DNA from: Eledone cirrhosa
Taxonomy: Eukaryota
Length of the DNA: 64,000 nucleotides
Reading direction: 5' to 3'
Assembly: GCA_964016885.1 (NCBI GenBank)
Contig: OZ024740.1
Location: 339,574,001 to 339,638,000 of the forward strand
The notes below the pieces were generated by a model. That model did not search any database. It worked only from the letters and a program-made list of their open reading frames with translations, and was not told where the DNA came from. Both the position numbers and the translations under genes were made by a program. Below are positions 10,250 to 26,000 of this stretch, in pieces; within the stretch, counting starts at the first letter, position 1; each line of letters starts with the position of its first letter.

Positions 10250-13029
10250 TTAATTATTATCTAATTATCATAATGGACAAATATACAAATCTGTTGAAAA
10301 ATATATTGGTTTGTTGAAAATACAAGTTATAACACTTCAACATATATTTAAATCCTCTTCATCATTCTTTTGGAAATAAATTGTTTGAAAGTTCTGAAAT
10401 ACTATCAGGAGAAAATAATAGGAGCTGTCTTAGAATAGGGCTTGATATTAAAATCATTTCCTCTAAAAAATATATTTCTACACCATCTCAGTTACCTTGA
10501 CATTCCTTGTATTAATCAATGAAAATCAATTTTGTGCAATGATGACCTTTCAGCTCCAGCTTGATTCTTCCAATGCAACCAACAAGATTTTTGGCCCCTT
10601 TTCATCTTATGATTAATTGAATCATTAATATTCAAACAGGCAGCCTAGTTTCTGGTTGATAACAACAACTTTGCAACTTTAGACAATCAAGGGGGAAAAT
10701 ATCACAATAAACCTGACTTTTTCTTCACTTTTCTGATTCAAAGTAATTAAAACTTTTTTTTTAATGAAAACAAACAAAAGCAAAATATTTAAATATTCAT
10801 CATTATTTTGTGAAGTTAATTTTCTCTAGCTATGATTTATAGGATGATTGCTACAGCTTCTCATATTAATGTTTGCAGTGAGATTTTTTTTATTAGTTTA
10901 TTATCATCGTATCTGAAGAAGAAATGCATTGACCATAACCTACATGTATCCTCTAAGATTAGAGGTGAATTAGATTGATATGGTTTGTTGCAGGTAATTT
11001 AAATAAAAAAACAAAAACATTCTATATGTTTGGTGATGTTACGAAATGATAACCTCTGTTTAAGTGAAATATATCATTGTGAAAGAAAGACTGTTGTGAA
11101 AATATTAGACTTGTAGTTAAAACAATTCCTTCTTAGATATGACATTCTAATATAGATAGCATTCACAAACATGACTGTCTAATAGTATAGTCAGTATTCT
11201 TAAATAAGGCTGCTTTTATTGTGAGGATTCTCAGATATGACTGACATAAAGCTAATATTATCAGATATGGCTTCGATAACATTGTAAATGTTCACATGTA
11301 CTGAATATATCATTTAAACCTCTTTAAAACTGCACCATTAATATCTGATACTATTTCACTTTTCATGTTTTGTTACTGCTTCTTCCTCATTTTTGGATTG
11401 ATTAGAGAGGTTTGATAATTCTATAGAAATATAAAACCAAATAGGAAACCAAATCTGTTTGTTTTAAGCTTATCTGATTGATACCTCACACTGACTTCAT
11501 ACTAAGTCACTATCTAATCTCTGTTTAACACAAATTTCATATTAGCAGGGTTTTAGATTAGTTGCCGTAAAACGCAAACCAATCCAAATTTAATCATAGA
11601 TTTTTCTCTTATCACACTCAAAGTAGGCTTTCTGATAAGTTTAATATTACTGTTGCTTTAGAAAGTTATTCTTAGCACACTCCTGGAATATTTACCAAAT
11701 ATTACCAATATATTTCTAATTTTCTCTCTGGGAAGAAAGAAAAAATCCATCTGCTTCAGTTATCAGTTAAGTCATTGAATTATAACTGAGGACTTCCTGG
11801 CTTCTTTGCAGGCTACCAAATTATTTTCTTCCATTTCTTTGCAAATATGATCAACAAATATATGCAACATTCCATCTAGGCTATGCAGATGCACAGTTAA
11901 TGTTTTGGAGCCACACAGTAGCTTTGGATTGTAAACACTTTTGCTTAAATTATCGACATTCTGCTCTGCGGTTGGAAATATTTAGAAAAAACAATGGTCA
12001 TGTGCGTATACTGTCATACTTATCTCCTATCAATATAATTATTGGTAAGTCAGAATTGAATTTTAAGTGTAGTTAGCTTGATATTAGGAAGTTTTTTTTT
12101 TAAATAGACTACAAGGAAACTAGTGGTAATCTGTCATCGCAATAATAATAATAAGAAGAAGAATAATATTAACAACAATAATAATTTTATATCTGCTTTC
12201 CATGATAACAAGAGTTAGACAGATTGTCAGACTCCAAATCAGTTCTTATTCAAAGTTACTGCCCTCCTAGAAATGTCAAAGGACCATGTCTTGTTTTTAC
12301 ATTCCATTTTTGGCATGGTTTATATGTTTTTATGTGATTCAAAATGCCAACCACATTACAGAGTATACTGGGTGCTTTCTATTGCAGAATTAGCACTAGA
12401 GACGTCGTTATGTGTTAGCCAGACTATAAAGTCTTCTCTGCCTTATGCAGCCTCTGTTTGTTTTCAGGGTCTGTTGGGAACATTTTATTGTGGCACCAAC
12501 ATTAGAAAGATTGTCTTCTCTCTTGCATAACTGAAGAGTCCTCTCTACTCCATGTTGTTTCTGTTTATATGCTAGTAATTTACAGAGTGTACTAGGTGCA
12601 TTCATCCTATTGTGGAGCCTGCACTAGAGAGGATGTTATAGCCTCAGCTAGACTAAAAATCCTCTTTACTTTATGCTGTTTCTGTTGTTATAAGCAAATG
12701 TGATCAAAAGGGTGAATAGAAGCAAAAGTGATGATCAAGAGAGTGTAAACAGAAAGAGTATGTATAATGGGAAAAGCAAAAATAAAAATTTGTGTCAACA
12801 AAAATTATTTAGTAATGTTTTAACATCTTACAAAAATATAAGATGTCAGCTTTGATTGTTGCAAAAATGAATTAAGATTTTTACCTACACCTAAACCCGT
12901 GTGTAGATGGAAGGACTTCAGAAACATCTACTTGAGCATTTTAAGAAGGAAGGTTTAGGCTGAAAAGGTTATTCCCATATTTATGGTTAGGTGTATGAGA
13001 TATCCACTCCTGATATAGTTATTACAGTA

Positions 13030-13268
13030 TATCCCTAAAAAGGTGTTTAATTATAATGTTATGAGTTCAATACCTTACAGTGCATTGTATCTTTGAATAA
13101 GATACTCTATTTCATGCTGCTCCACTCCACTCAACCAGAAAAAATGAGTTGTACCTGTAATTCAAAGGGCCAACTTTGTCATACAAGATGTTATGTTGAA
13201 TCTCCCCAAAAATCACTTTCAGGGTACACGTGTCTGTGGAATCCTCAGCCACTTATATGTTAATTTCA
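13030..13268 (+). mobile_element. Degenerate CORE-like SINE
   Basis: Box B gagttcaatacc followed by ctttgaataagatactctatttcatgctgctccactccactca, similar to 1545-1628. Confidence 0.55.
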
Positions 13269-14070
13269 AATAACTAAAACACTAATGTCCCACTTCACTT
13301 TGTTTATGGTTATTAAGAAAATATAACAAATATTTTATGTCCATGAAAGTCATAGGTTGATGTTAATGTATGTTTAAATAGAGCTCAATATAAATAGATG
13401 TATGTCAGCTAAAACACATCTCAAAAACACCCTTGTCACACACAGTCTTACATCTGATTTGCAGCCAAACAGTTCATGAGAACAGTACCAGTCAGTTGTC
13501 TACCAAAGATATCCCTATAGAGTTTTAATTCAATAAATATACTGGAGGTCAGTTATGTTGAAATAGACTCTATGAGAAGCTAAAGATAAAAGAAGCATGT
13601 CAATAAACATACATTTACAAATGTCTGTAATAAATCACTAAAACATGCCATAACAGAAATGATGTTTATCTGAATCCAGCCATAGATTTCAGTCACACAG
13701 GCTTTACTAATAATTAAATATAAAGAAATAATAATGACGATTTACAGATCTCATATATATAATCTACTTTATCAGAAACAATTTGGGATAATCACTTCTC
13801 CCATCAACAGCAAGGGAGGCTCTACATGGTTGCATGACTTGTTAGAAATACCAACTAAATCTCCCTCAAATAGTTCACGACTGGCTTAAATAAGAAAAAG
13901 ACGCATTAGACAATGTAGACATAGATAACACAAAAGAACTGAATGGTCACGGATGCAATGTTTTAATCATATGTATGCTAGGACAAGGCAACCCAGGGGT
14001 GGGGATAAGCCACAAAAAATTGTCATATCTAGACTTCATCACATGGTGGAGCTATGAACAATCATCTTCA

Positions 14071-17000
14071 ACTGTAGCTACCAACCACTTCCACTACCTA
14101 CCTCTACTGTAGCCACCATCACATGACCATACCACCACCTACCTCTACTGTAGCTACCATCACATGACCATACCACCACCACCACCTACCTCTACTGTAG
14201 CTACCATTACATGACCATACCACCACCACCTACCTCTACTGTAGCCACCATCACATGACCATACCACCACCACCTACCTCTACTGTAGCTACCATCACAT
14301 GACCATACCACCACCACCTACCTCTACTATAGCTACCATCACATGACCATACCACCACCACCTACCTCTACTGTAGCTACCATTACATGACCATACCACC
14401 ACCTACCTCTACTGTAGCTACCATCACATGACCATACCACCACTATCTACCTCTACTGTAGCTACCATCACATGACCATACCACCACTATCTACCTCTAC
14501 TGTAGCTACCATCACATGACCATACCACCACCACCACCTACCTCTACTGTAGCTACCATCACATGACCATACCACCACCACCTACCTCTACTGTAGCTAC
14601 CATCACATGACCATACCACCACCACCTACCTCTACTGTAGCTACCATTACATGACCATACCACCACCACCTACCTCTACTGTAGCCACCACCACCTACCT
14701 CTACTGTAGCTACCATTACATGACCATACCACCACCTACCTCTACTGTAGCTACCATCACATGACCATACCACCACCTACCTCTACTGTAGCTACCATCA
14801 CATGACCATACCACCACCTACCTCTACTGTAGCTACCATCACATGACCATACCACCACTATCTACCTCTACTGTAGCTACCATCACATGACCATACCACC
14901 ACTATCTACCTCTACTGTAGCTACCATCACATGACCATACCACCACCACCTACCTCTACTGTAGCTACCATTACATGACCATACCACCACCACCTACCTC
15001 TACTGTAGCCACCACCACCTACCTCTACTGTAGCTACCATTACATGACCATACCACCACCTACCTCTACTGTAGCTACCATCACATGACCATACCACCAC
15101 CACCTACCTCTACTGTAGCTACCATCACATGACCATACCACCACTATCTACCTCTACTCTAGCTACCATCACATGACCATACCACCACCACCTACCTCTA
15201 CTGTAGCTACCATCACATGACCATACCACCACCACCTACCTCTACTGTAGCTACCATCACATGACCATACCACCACCACCTACCTCTACTATAGCTACCA
15301 TTACATGACCATACCACCACCACCTACCTCTACTGTAGCCACCATCACATGACCATACCACCACCACCTACCTCTACTGTAGCTACCATCACATGACCAT
15401 ACCACCACCACCTACCTCTACTATAGCTACCATCACATGACCATACCACCACCACCTACCTCTACTGTAGCTACCATCACATGACCATACCACCACTACC
15501 TACCTCTACTGTAGCTACCATCACATGACCATACCACCACCACCTACCTCTACTGTAGCTACCATTACATGACCATACCACCACCACCTACCTCTACTGT
15601 AGCCACCACCACCTACCTCTACTGTAGCTACCATTACATGACCATACCACCACCACCTACCTCTACTGTAGCCACCACCACCTACCTCTACTGTAGCTAC
15701 CATTATATGACCATACCACCACCACCTACCTCTACTGTAGCTACCATCACATGACCATACCACCACTATCTACCTCTACTGTAGCTACCATCACATGACC
15801 ATACCACCACTATCTACCTCTACTGTAGCTACCATCACATGACCATACCACCACCACCTACCTCTACTGTAGCTACCATCACATGACCATACCACCACCT
15901 ACCTCTACTGTAGCTACCATTACATGACCATACTACCACTACCTACCTCTACTGTAGCTACCATCACATGACCATACCACCACTACCTACCTCTACTGTA
16001 GCTACCATCACATGACCATACCACCACCTACCTCTACTGTAGCTACCATCACATGACCATACCACCACCACCACCTACCTCTACTGTAGCTACCATTATA
16101 TGACCATACCACCACCACCTACCTCTACTGTAGCCACCATCACATGACCATACCACCACCACCTACCTCTACTGTAGCTACCATCACATGACCATACCAC
16201 CACCACCTACCTCTACTGTAGCTACCATCACATGACCATACCACTACTACCTACCTCTACTGTAGCTACCATCACATGATCATACCACCACCTACCTCTA
16301 CTGTAGCTACCATCACATGACCATACCACCACTACCTACCTCTACTGTAGCTACCATCACATGACCATACCACCACCACCACCTACCTCTACTGTAGCTA
16401 CCATTATATGACCATACCACCACCACCTACCTCTACTGTAGCCACCATCACATGACCATACCACCACCACCTACCTCTACTGTAGCTACCATCACATGAC
16501 CATACCACCACCACTTACCTCTACTGTAGCTACCATCACATGACCATACCACCACCACCCACCTCTACTGTAGCTACCATCACATGACCATACCACCACT
16601 ACCTACCTCTACTGTAGCTACCATCACATGACCATACCACCACCACCTACCTCTACTGTAGCTACCATCACATGACCATACCACTACCACTTACCTCTAC
16701 TGTAGCTACCATCACATGACCATACCACCACTACCTACCTCTACTGTAGCTACCATTACATGACCATACCACCACCACCTACCTCTACTGTAGCTACCAT
16801 TACATGACCATACCACCACCACCTACCTCTACTGTAGCCACCACCACCTACCTCTACTGTAGCTACCATTACATGACCATACCACCACCTACCTCTACTG
16901 TAGCTACCATCACATGACCATACCACCACCACCTACCTCTACTGTAGCTACCATCACATGACCATACCACCACTATCTACCTCTACTGTAGCTACCATCA

Positions 17001-20000
17001 CATGACCATACCACCACCACCTACCTCTACTGTAGCTACCATCACATGACCATACCACCACCACCTACCTCTACTGTAGCTACCATCACATGACCATACC
17101 ACCACCACCTACCTCTACTATAGCTACCATTACATGACCATACCACCACCACCTACCTCTACTGTAGCCACCATCACATGACCATACCACCACCACCTAC
17201 CTCTACTGTAGCTACCATCACATGACCATACCACCACCACCTACCTCTACTATAGCTACCATCACATGACCATACCACCACCACCTACCTCTACTGTAGC
17301 TACCATCACATGACCATACCACCACTACCTACCTCTACTGTAGCTACCATCACATGACCATACCACCACCACCTACCTCTACTGTAGCTACCATTACATG
17401 ACCATACCACCACCACCTACCTCTACTGTAGCCACCACCACCTACCTCTACTGTAGCTACCATTACATGACCATACCACCACCACCTACCTCTACTGTAG
17501 CCACCACCACCTACCTCTACTGTAGCTACCATTATATGACCATACCACCACCACCTACCTCTACTGTAGCTACCATCACATGACCATACCACCACTATCT
17601 ACCTCTACTGTAGCTACCATCACATGACCATACCACCACTATCTACCTCTACTGTAGCTACCATCACATGACCATACCACCACCACCTACCTCTACTGTA
17701 GCTACCATCACATGACCATACCACCACCTACCTCTACTGTAGCTACCATTACATGACCATACTACCACTACCTACCTCTACTGTAGCTACCATCACATGA
17801 CCATACCACCACTACCTACCTCTACTGTAGCTACCATCACATGACCATACCACCACCTACCTCTACTGTAGCTACCATCACATGACCATACCACCACCAC
17901 CACCTACCTCTACTGTAGCTACCATTATATGACCATACCACCACCACCTACCTCTACTGTAGCCACCATCACATGACCATACCACCACCACCTACCTCTA
18001 CTGTAGCTACCATCACATGACCATACCACCACCACCTACCTCTACTGTAGCTACCATCACATGACCATACCACTACTACCTACCTCTACTGTAGCTACCA
18101 TCACATGATCATACCACCACCTACCTCTACTGTAGCTACCATCACATGACCATACCACCACTACCTACCTCTACTGTAGCTACCATCACATGACCATACC
18201 ACCACCACCACCTACCTCTACTGTAGCTACCATTATATGACCATACCACCACCACCTACCTCTACTGTAGCCACCATCACATGACCATACCACCACCACC
18301 TACCTCTACTGTAGCTACCATCACATGACCATACCACCACCACTTACCTCTACTGTAGCTACCATCACATGACCATACCACCACCACCCACCTCTACTGT
18401 AGCTACCATCACATGACCATACCACCACTACCTACCTCTACTGTAGCTACCATCACATGACCATACCACCACCACCTACCTCTACTGTAGCTACCATCAC
18501 ATGACCATACCACTACCACTTACCTCTACTGTAGCTACCATCAAATGACCATACCACCACTACCTACCTCTACTGTAGCTACCATTACATGACCATACCA
18601 CCACCTACCTCTACTGTAGCTACCATTACATGACCATACCATCACCACCTACCTCTACTGTAGCTACCATTACATGACCATACCACCACCACTTACCTCT
18701 ACTGTAGCTACCATCACATGACCATACCACCACCACCTACCTCTACTGTAGCTACCATCACATGACCATACCACCACTACCTCTACTGTAGCTACCATCA
18801 CATGACCATACCACCACCTACCTCTACTGTAGCTACCATCACATGACCATACCACCACCTACCTCTACTGTAGCTACCATCACATGACCATACCACCACC
18901 TACCTCTACTGTAGCTACCATCACATGACCATACCACCACTATCTACCTCTACTATAGCTACCATCACATGACCATACCACCACCACCTACCTCTACTGT
19001 AGCTACCATCACATGACCATACCACCACTACCTACCTCTACTGTAGCTACCATCACATGACCATACCACCACTATCTACCTCTACTATAGCTACCATCAC
19101 ATGACCATACCACCACCACCCACCTCTACTGTAGCTACCATCACATGACCATACCACTACTACCTACCTCTACTGTAGCTACCATCACATGACCATACCA
19201 CCACCTACCTCTACTGTAGCTACCATCACATGACCATACCACCACCACCTACCTCTACTGTAGCTACCATTACATGACCATACCATCACCACCTACCTCT
19301 ACTGTAGCTACCATCACATGACCATACCACCACTACCTACCTCTACTGTAGCTACCATCACATGACCATACCACCACCACCTACCTCTGCTGTAGCTACC
19401 ATCACATGACCATACCACCACCACCTACCTCTACTGTAGCTACCATTATATGACCATACCACCACCACCTACCTCTACTGTAGCTGCCATCACATGACCA
19501 TACCACCACCACCTACCTCTACTGTAGCTACCATTATATGACCATACCACCACCACCTACCTCTACTGTAGCTACCATCACATGACCATACCACCACCAC
19601 CTACCTCTCCTGTAGCTACCATTATATGACCATACCACCACCACTTACCTCTACTGTAGCTACCATCACATGACCATACCACCACCTACCTCTACTGTAG
19701 CTACCATCACATGACCATACCACCACCACCTACCTCTACTGTAGCTACCATCACATGACCATACCACCACCACCTACCTCTACTGTAGCTGCCATCACAT
19801 GACCATACCACCACCACCTACCTCTACTGTAGCTACCATCACATGACCATACCATCACCACCTACCTCTACTGTAGCTACCATCACATGACCATACCACC
19901 ACCTACCTCTACTATAGCTACCATCACATGACCATACCACCACTACCTACCTCTACAGTAGCTACCATCACATGACCATACCACCACCTACCTCTACTAT

Positions 20001-23000
20001 AGCTACCATCACATGACCATACCACCACCACCTACCTCTACTGTAGCTACCATTACATGACCATACCACCACTACCTACCTCTACTGTAGCCACCATCAC
20101 ATGACCATACCACCACCTACCTCTACTGTAGCTACCATCACATGACCATACAAGCACTACCTACCTCTACTGTAGCTACCATTACATGACGATACCACCA
20201 CTACCTACCTCTACTGTAGCCACCATCACATGACCATACCACCACCTACCTCTACTGTAGCTACCATCACATGACCATACCACCACTACCTACCTCTACT
20301 GTAGCTACCATCACATGACCATACCACCACCACCTACCTCTACTGTAGCCACCATCACATGACCATACCACCACCTACCTCTACTGTAGCTACCATCACA
20401 TGACCATACCACCACTACCTACCTCTACAGTAGCTACCATCACATGACCATACCACCACCTACCTCTACTATAGCTACCATTACATGACCATGCCACCAC
20501 CACCTACCTCTACTGTAGTTACCATCACATGACCATACCACCACCACCTACCTCTACTGTAGCTACCATTATATGACCATACCACCACCACTTACCTCTA
20601 CTGTAGCTACCATCACATGACCATACCACCACTACCTACCTCTACTGTAGCTACCATCACATGACCATACCACCACCACCTACCTCTACTGTAGCCACCA
20701 TCACATGACCATACCACCACCTACCTCTACTGTAGCTACCATCACATGACCATACCACCACTACCTACCTCTACTGTAGCTACCATCACATGACCATACC
20801 ACCACCACCTACCTCTACTGTAGCCACCATCACATGACCATACCACCACCTACCTCTACTGTAGCTACCATCACATGACCATACCACCACCACCTACCTC
20901 TACTGTAGCTACCATTATATGACCATACCACCACCACTTACCTCTACTGTAGCTACCATCACATGACCATACCACCACTACCTACCTCTACAGTAGCTAC
21001 CATCACATGACCATACCACCACCACCTACCTCTACTGTAGCTACCATTACATGACCATACAACCACCACCTACCTCTAATGTAGCTACCATCACATGACC
21101 ATACCACCACTACCTACCTCTACTGTAGCCACCATCACATGACCATACCACCACCTACCTCTACTGTAGCTACCATCACATGACCATACCACCACTACCT
21201 ACCTCTACTGTAGCTACCATCACATGACCATACCACCACCACCTACCTCTACTGTAGCTACCATTATATGACCATACCACCACCACCTACCTCTACTGTA
21301 GCTACCATCACATGACCATACCACCACCACCTACCTCTACTGTAGCTACCATCACATGACCATACCACCACCTACCTCTACTGTAGCTACCATTACATGA
21401 CCATACCACCACCACCTACCTCGACTGTAGCTACCATCACATGACCATACCACCACCTACCTCTACTGTAGCTACCATCACATGACCATACCACCACCAC
21501 CTACCTCTACTGTAGCTACCATTACATGACCATGCCACCACCACCTACCTCTACTGTAGCTACCATCACATGACCATACCACCACCACCTACCTCTACTG
21601 TAGCTACCATTACATGACCATGCCACCACCACCTACCTCTACTGTAGCTACCATCACATGACCATACCACCACCACCTACCTCTACTGTAGCTACCATTA
21701 CATGACCATACCACCACCACCTACCTCTACTGTAGCTACCATTACATGACCATACCACCACCACCTACCTCTACTGTAGCTACCATCACATGACCATACC
21801 ACCACCACCTACCTCTACTGTAGCTACCATCACATGACCATACCACCACCACCTACCTCTACTGTAGCCACCATCACATGACCATACCACCACCACCTAC
21901 CTCTACTGTAGCTACCATCACATGACCATACCACTACCACTTACCTCTACTGTAGCTACCATCACATGACCATACCCCTACCACCTACCTCTACTGTAGC
22001 TACCATCACATGACCATACCACCACCACCACCTACCTCTACTGTAGCTACCATCACATGACCATACCACCACCACCTACCTCTACTGTAGCTACCATCAC
22101 ATGACCATACCACTACCTACCTCTACTGTAGCTACCATCACATGACCATACCACCACCTACCTCTACTGTAGCTACCATCACATGACCATACCACTACCT
22201 ACCTCTACTGTAGCTACCATCACATGACCATGCCACCACCACCTACCTCTACTGTAGCTACCATCACATGACCATACCACCACCACCTACCTCTACTGTA
22301 GCTACCATCACATGACCATACCACCACCTACCTCTACTGTAGCTACCATCACATGACCATACCACCACCTACCTCTACAGTAGCTACCATCACATGACCA
22401 TACCACCACCTACCTCTACTGTAGCTACCATCACATGACCATGCTACCACTACCTACCTCTACTGTAGCTACCATTACATGACCATACCACCACCACCTA
22501 CCTCTACTGTAGCTACCATCACATGACCATACCACCACCACCTACCTCTACTGTAGCCACCATTACATGACCATACCACCACCTACCTCTACTGTAGCCA
22601 CCATTACATGACCATACCACTACCTACCTCTACTGTAGCTACCATCACATGACCATACCACTACCTACCTCTACTGTAGCTACCATTACATGACCATACC
22701 ACCACCACCTACTTCTACTGTAGCTACCATCACATGACCATACCACCACCACCTACCTCTACTGTAGCCACCATTACATGACCATACCACCACCTACCTC
22801 TACTGTAGCTACCATCACATGACCATACCACCACCTACCTCTACAGTAGCTACCATCACATGACCATACCACCACCTACCTCTACTGTAGCTACCATCAC
22901 ATGACCATGCTACCACTACCTACCTCTACTGTAGCCACCATTACATGACCATACCATCACCACCTACCTCTACTGTAGCTACCATTACATGACCATACCA

Positions 23001-26000
23001 CCACTACCTACCTCTACTGTAGCTACCATCACATGACCATACCACCACTACCTACCTCTACTGTAGCTACCATCACATGACCATACCACCACCACCTACC
23101 TCTACTGTAGCTACCATCACATGACCATACCACCACCACCTACCTCTACTGTAGCTACCATCAGATGACCATACCACCACTACCTACCTCTACTGTAGCT
23201 ACCATCACATGACCATACCATCACCACCTACCTCTACTATAGCTACCATTACATGACCATACCATCACCACCTACTGCTACTGTAGCTACCATCACATGA
23301 CCATACCACCACCTACCTCTACTGTAGCTACCATCACATGACCATACCACCACTACCTACCTCTACTGTAGCTACTATCACATGACCATACCACCACCAC
23401 CACCTACCTCTACTATAACTACCATCACATGACCATACCACCACCACCACCTACCTCTACTATAACTACCATCACATGACCATACCACCACCACTTACCT
23501 CTACTGTAGCTACCATCACATGACCATACCACCACCACCTACCTCTACTATAGCTACCATCACATGACCATACCACCACCACCACCTACCCCTACTGTAG
23601 CTACCATCACATGACCATACCACCACTACCTACCTCTACTATAGCTACCATCACATGACCATACCACCACCACCTACCTCTACTATAGCTACCATCACAT
23701 GACCATACCACCACCACCACCTACCTCTACTGTAGCTACCATCACATGACCATACCACCACCACCTACCTCTACTGTAGCTACCATTATATGACCATACC
23801 ACCACCACCTACCTCTACTGTAGCCACCATCACATGACCATACCACCACCACCTACCTCTACTGTAGCCACCATCACATGACCATACCACCACCACCACC
23901 TACCTCTACTGTAGCTACCATCACATGACCATACCACCACCACCACCTACCTCTACTGTAGCTACCATCACATGACCATATCACCACCACCTACCTCTAC
24001 TGTAGCTACCATCACATGACCATACCACTACCTACCTCTACTGTAGCTACCATCACATGACCATACCACCACCACCTACCTCTACTGTAGCTACCATTAC
24101 ATGACCATACCACCACCTACCTCTACTGTAGCTACCATCACATGACCATACCACCACCACCTACCTCTACTGTAGCTACCATCACATGACCATACCACCA
24201 CCACCTACCTCTACTGTAGCTACCATCACATGACCATACCACCACTACCTACCTCTACTGTAGCTACCATCACATGACCATACCACCACCACCACCTACC
24301 TCTACTGTAGCTACCATTACATGACCATACCACCACTACCTACCTCTACTGTAGCCACCATTACATGACCATACCACCACCTACCTCTACTGTAGCTACC
24401 ATTACATGACCATACCACCACCACCTACCTCTACTGTAGCCACCATCACATGCCCATACCACCACCTACCTCTACTGTAGCTACCATCACATGACCATAC
24501 CACCACTACCTACCTCTACAGTAGCTACCATCACATGACCATACCACTACCACCTACCTCTACTGTAGCTACCATCACATGACCATACCACCACCACCAC
24601 CTACCTCTACTGTAGCTACCATCACATCACCATACCACCACCACCTACCTCTACTGTAGCTACCATTATATGACCATACCACCACCACCTACCTCTACAG
24701 TAGCTACCATCACATGACCATACCACCACCACCACCTACCTCTACTGTTGCTACCATCACATGACCATACCACCACCACCTACCTCTACTGTAGCTACCA
24801 TCACATGACCATACCACCACTACCTACCTCTACTGTAGCTACCATCACATGACCATACCACCACCACCTACCTCTACTGTAGCTACCATCACATGACCAT
24901 ACCACCACCACCTACCTCTACTGTAGCTACCATCACATGACCATACCACCACTACCTACCTCTACTGTAGCTACCATCACATGACCATACCACCACTACC
25001 TACTTCTACTGTAGCTACCATCACATGACCATACCACCACCTACCTCTACAGTAGCTACCATCACATGACCATACCACCACCACCTACCTCTACTGTAGC
25101 CACCATTACATGACCATACCACCACCACCTACTGCTACTGTAGCTACCATCACATGACCATACCACCACCACCTACCTCTACTGTAGCTACCATCACATG
25201 ACCATACCACCACCACCACCTACCTCTACTGTAGCTGCCATCACATGACCATACCACAACCACCTACCTCTACTGTAGCCACCATCACATGACCATACCA
25301 CCACCACCTACCTCTACTGTAGCTACCATCACATGACCATACCACCACCTACCTCTACTGTAGCTACCATCACATGACCATACCACCACCACCTACCTCT
25401 ACTGTAGCTGCCATCACATGACCATACCACCACCACCTACCTCTACTGTAGCCACCATCACATGACCATACCACCACTACCTACCTCTACTGTAGCTACC
25501 ACCACATGACCATACCACCACCACCACCTACCTCTACTGTAGCTACCATCACATGACCATACCACCACCACCACCTACCTCTACTGTAGCTACCATTACA
25601 TTACCTTACCACCACCACCTACCTCTACTGTAGCTACCATCACATGACCATACCACCACCTACCTCTACTGTAGCTGCCATCACATGACCATACCACCAC
25701 CACCTACCTCTACTGTAGCCACCATCACATGACCATACCACCACTACCTACCTCTACTGTAGCTACCACCACATGACCATACCACCACCACCACCTACCT
25801 CTACTGTAGCTACCATCACATGACCATACCACCACCACTTACCTCTACTGTAGCTACCATCACATGACCATACCACCACCACCTACCTCTACTGTAGCTA
25901 CCATCACATGACCATACCACCACCACCACCTACCTCTACTGTAGCTACCATCACATGACCATACCACCACCACCTACCTCTACTGTAGCTACCATTACAT

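Noticed and set aside
8400-14000. Host gene exons in the lower-repeat stretch
   Set aside because: No ORF with recognisable protein features or convincing splice pairs found by eye; small exons cannot be excluded without RNA-seq
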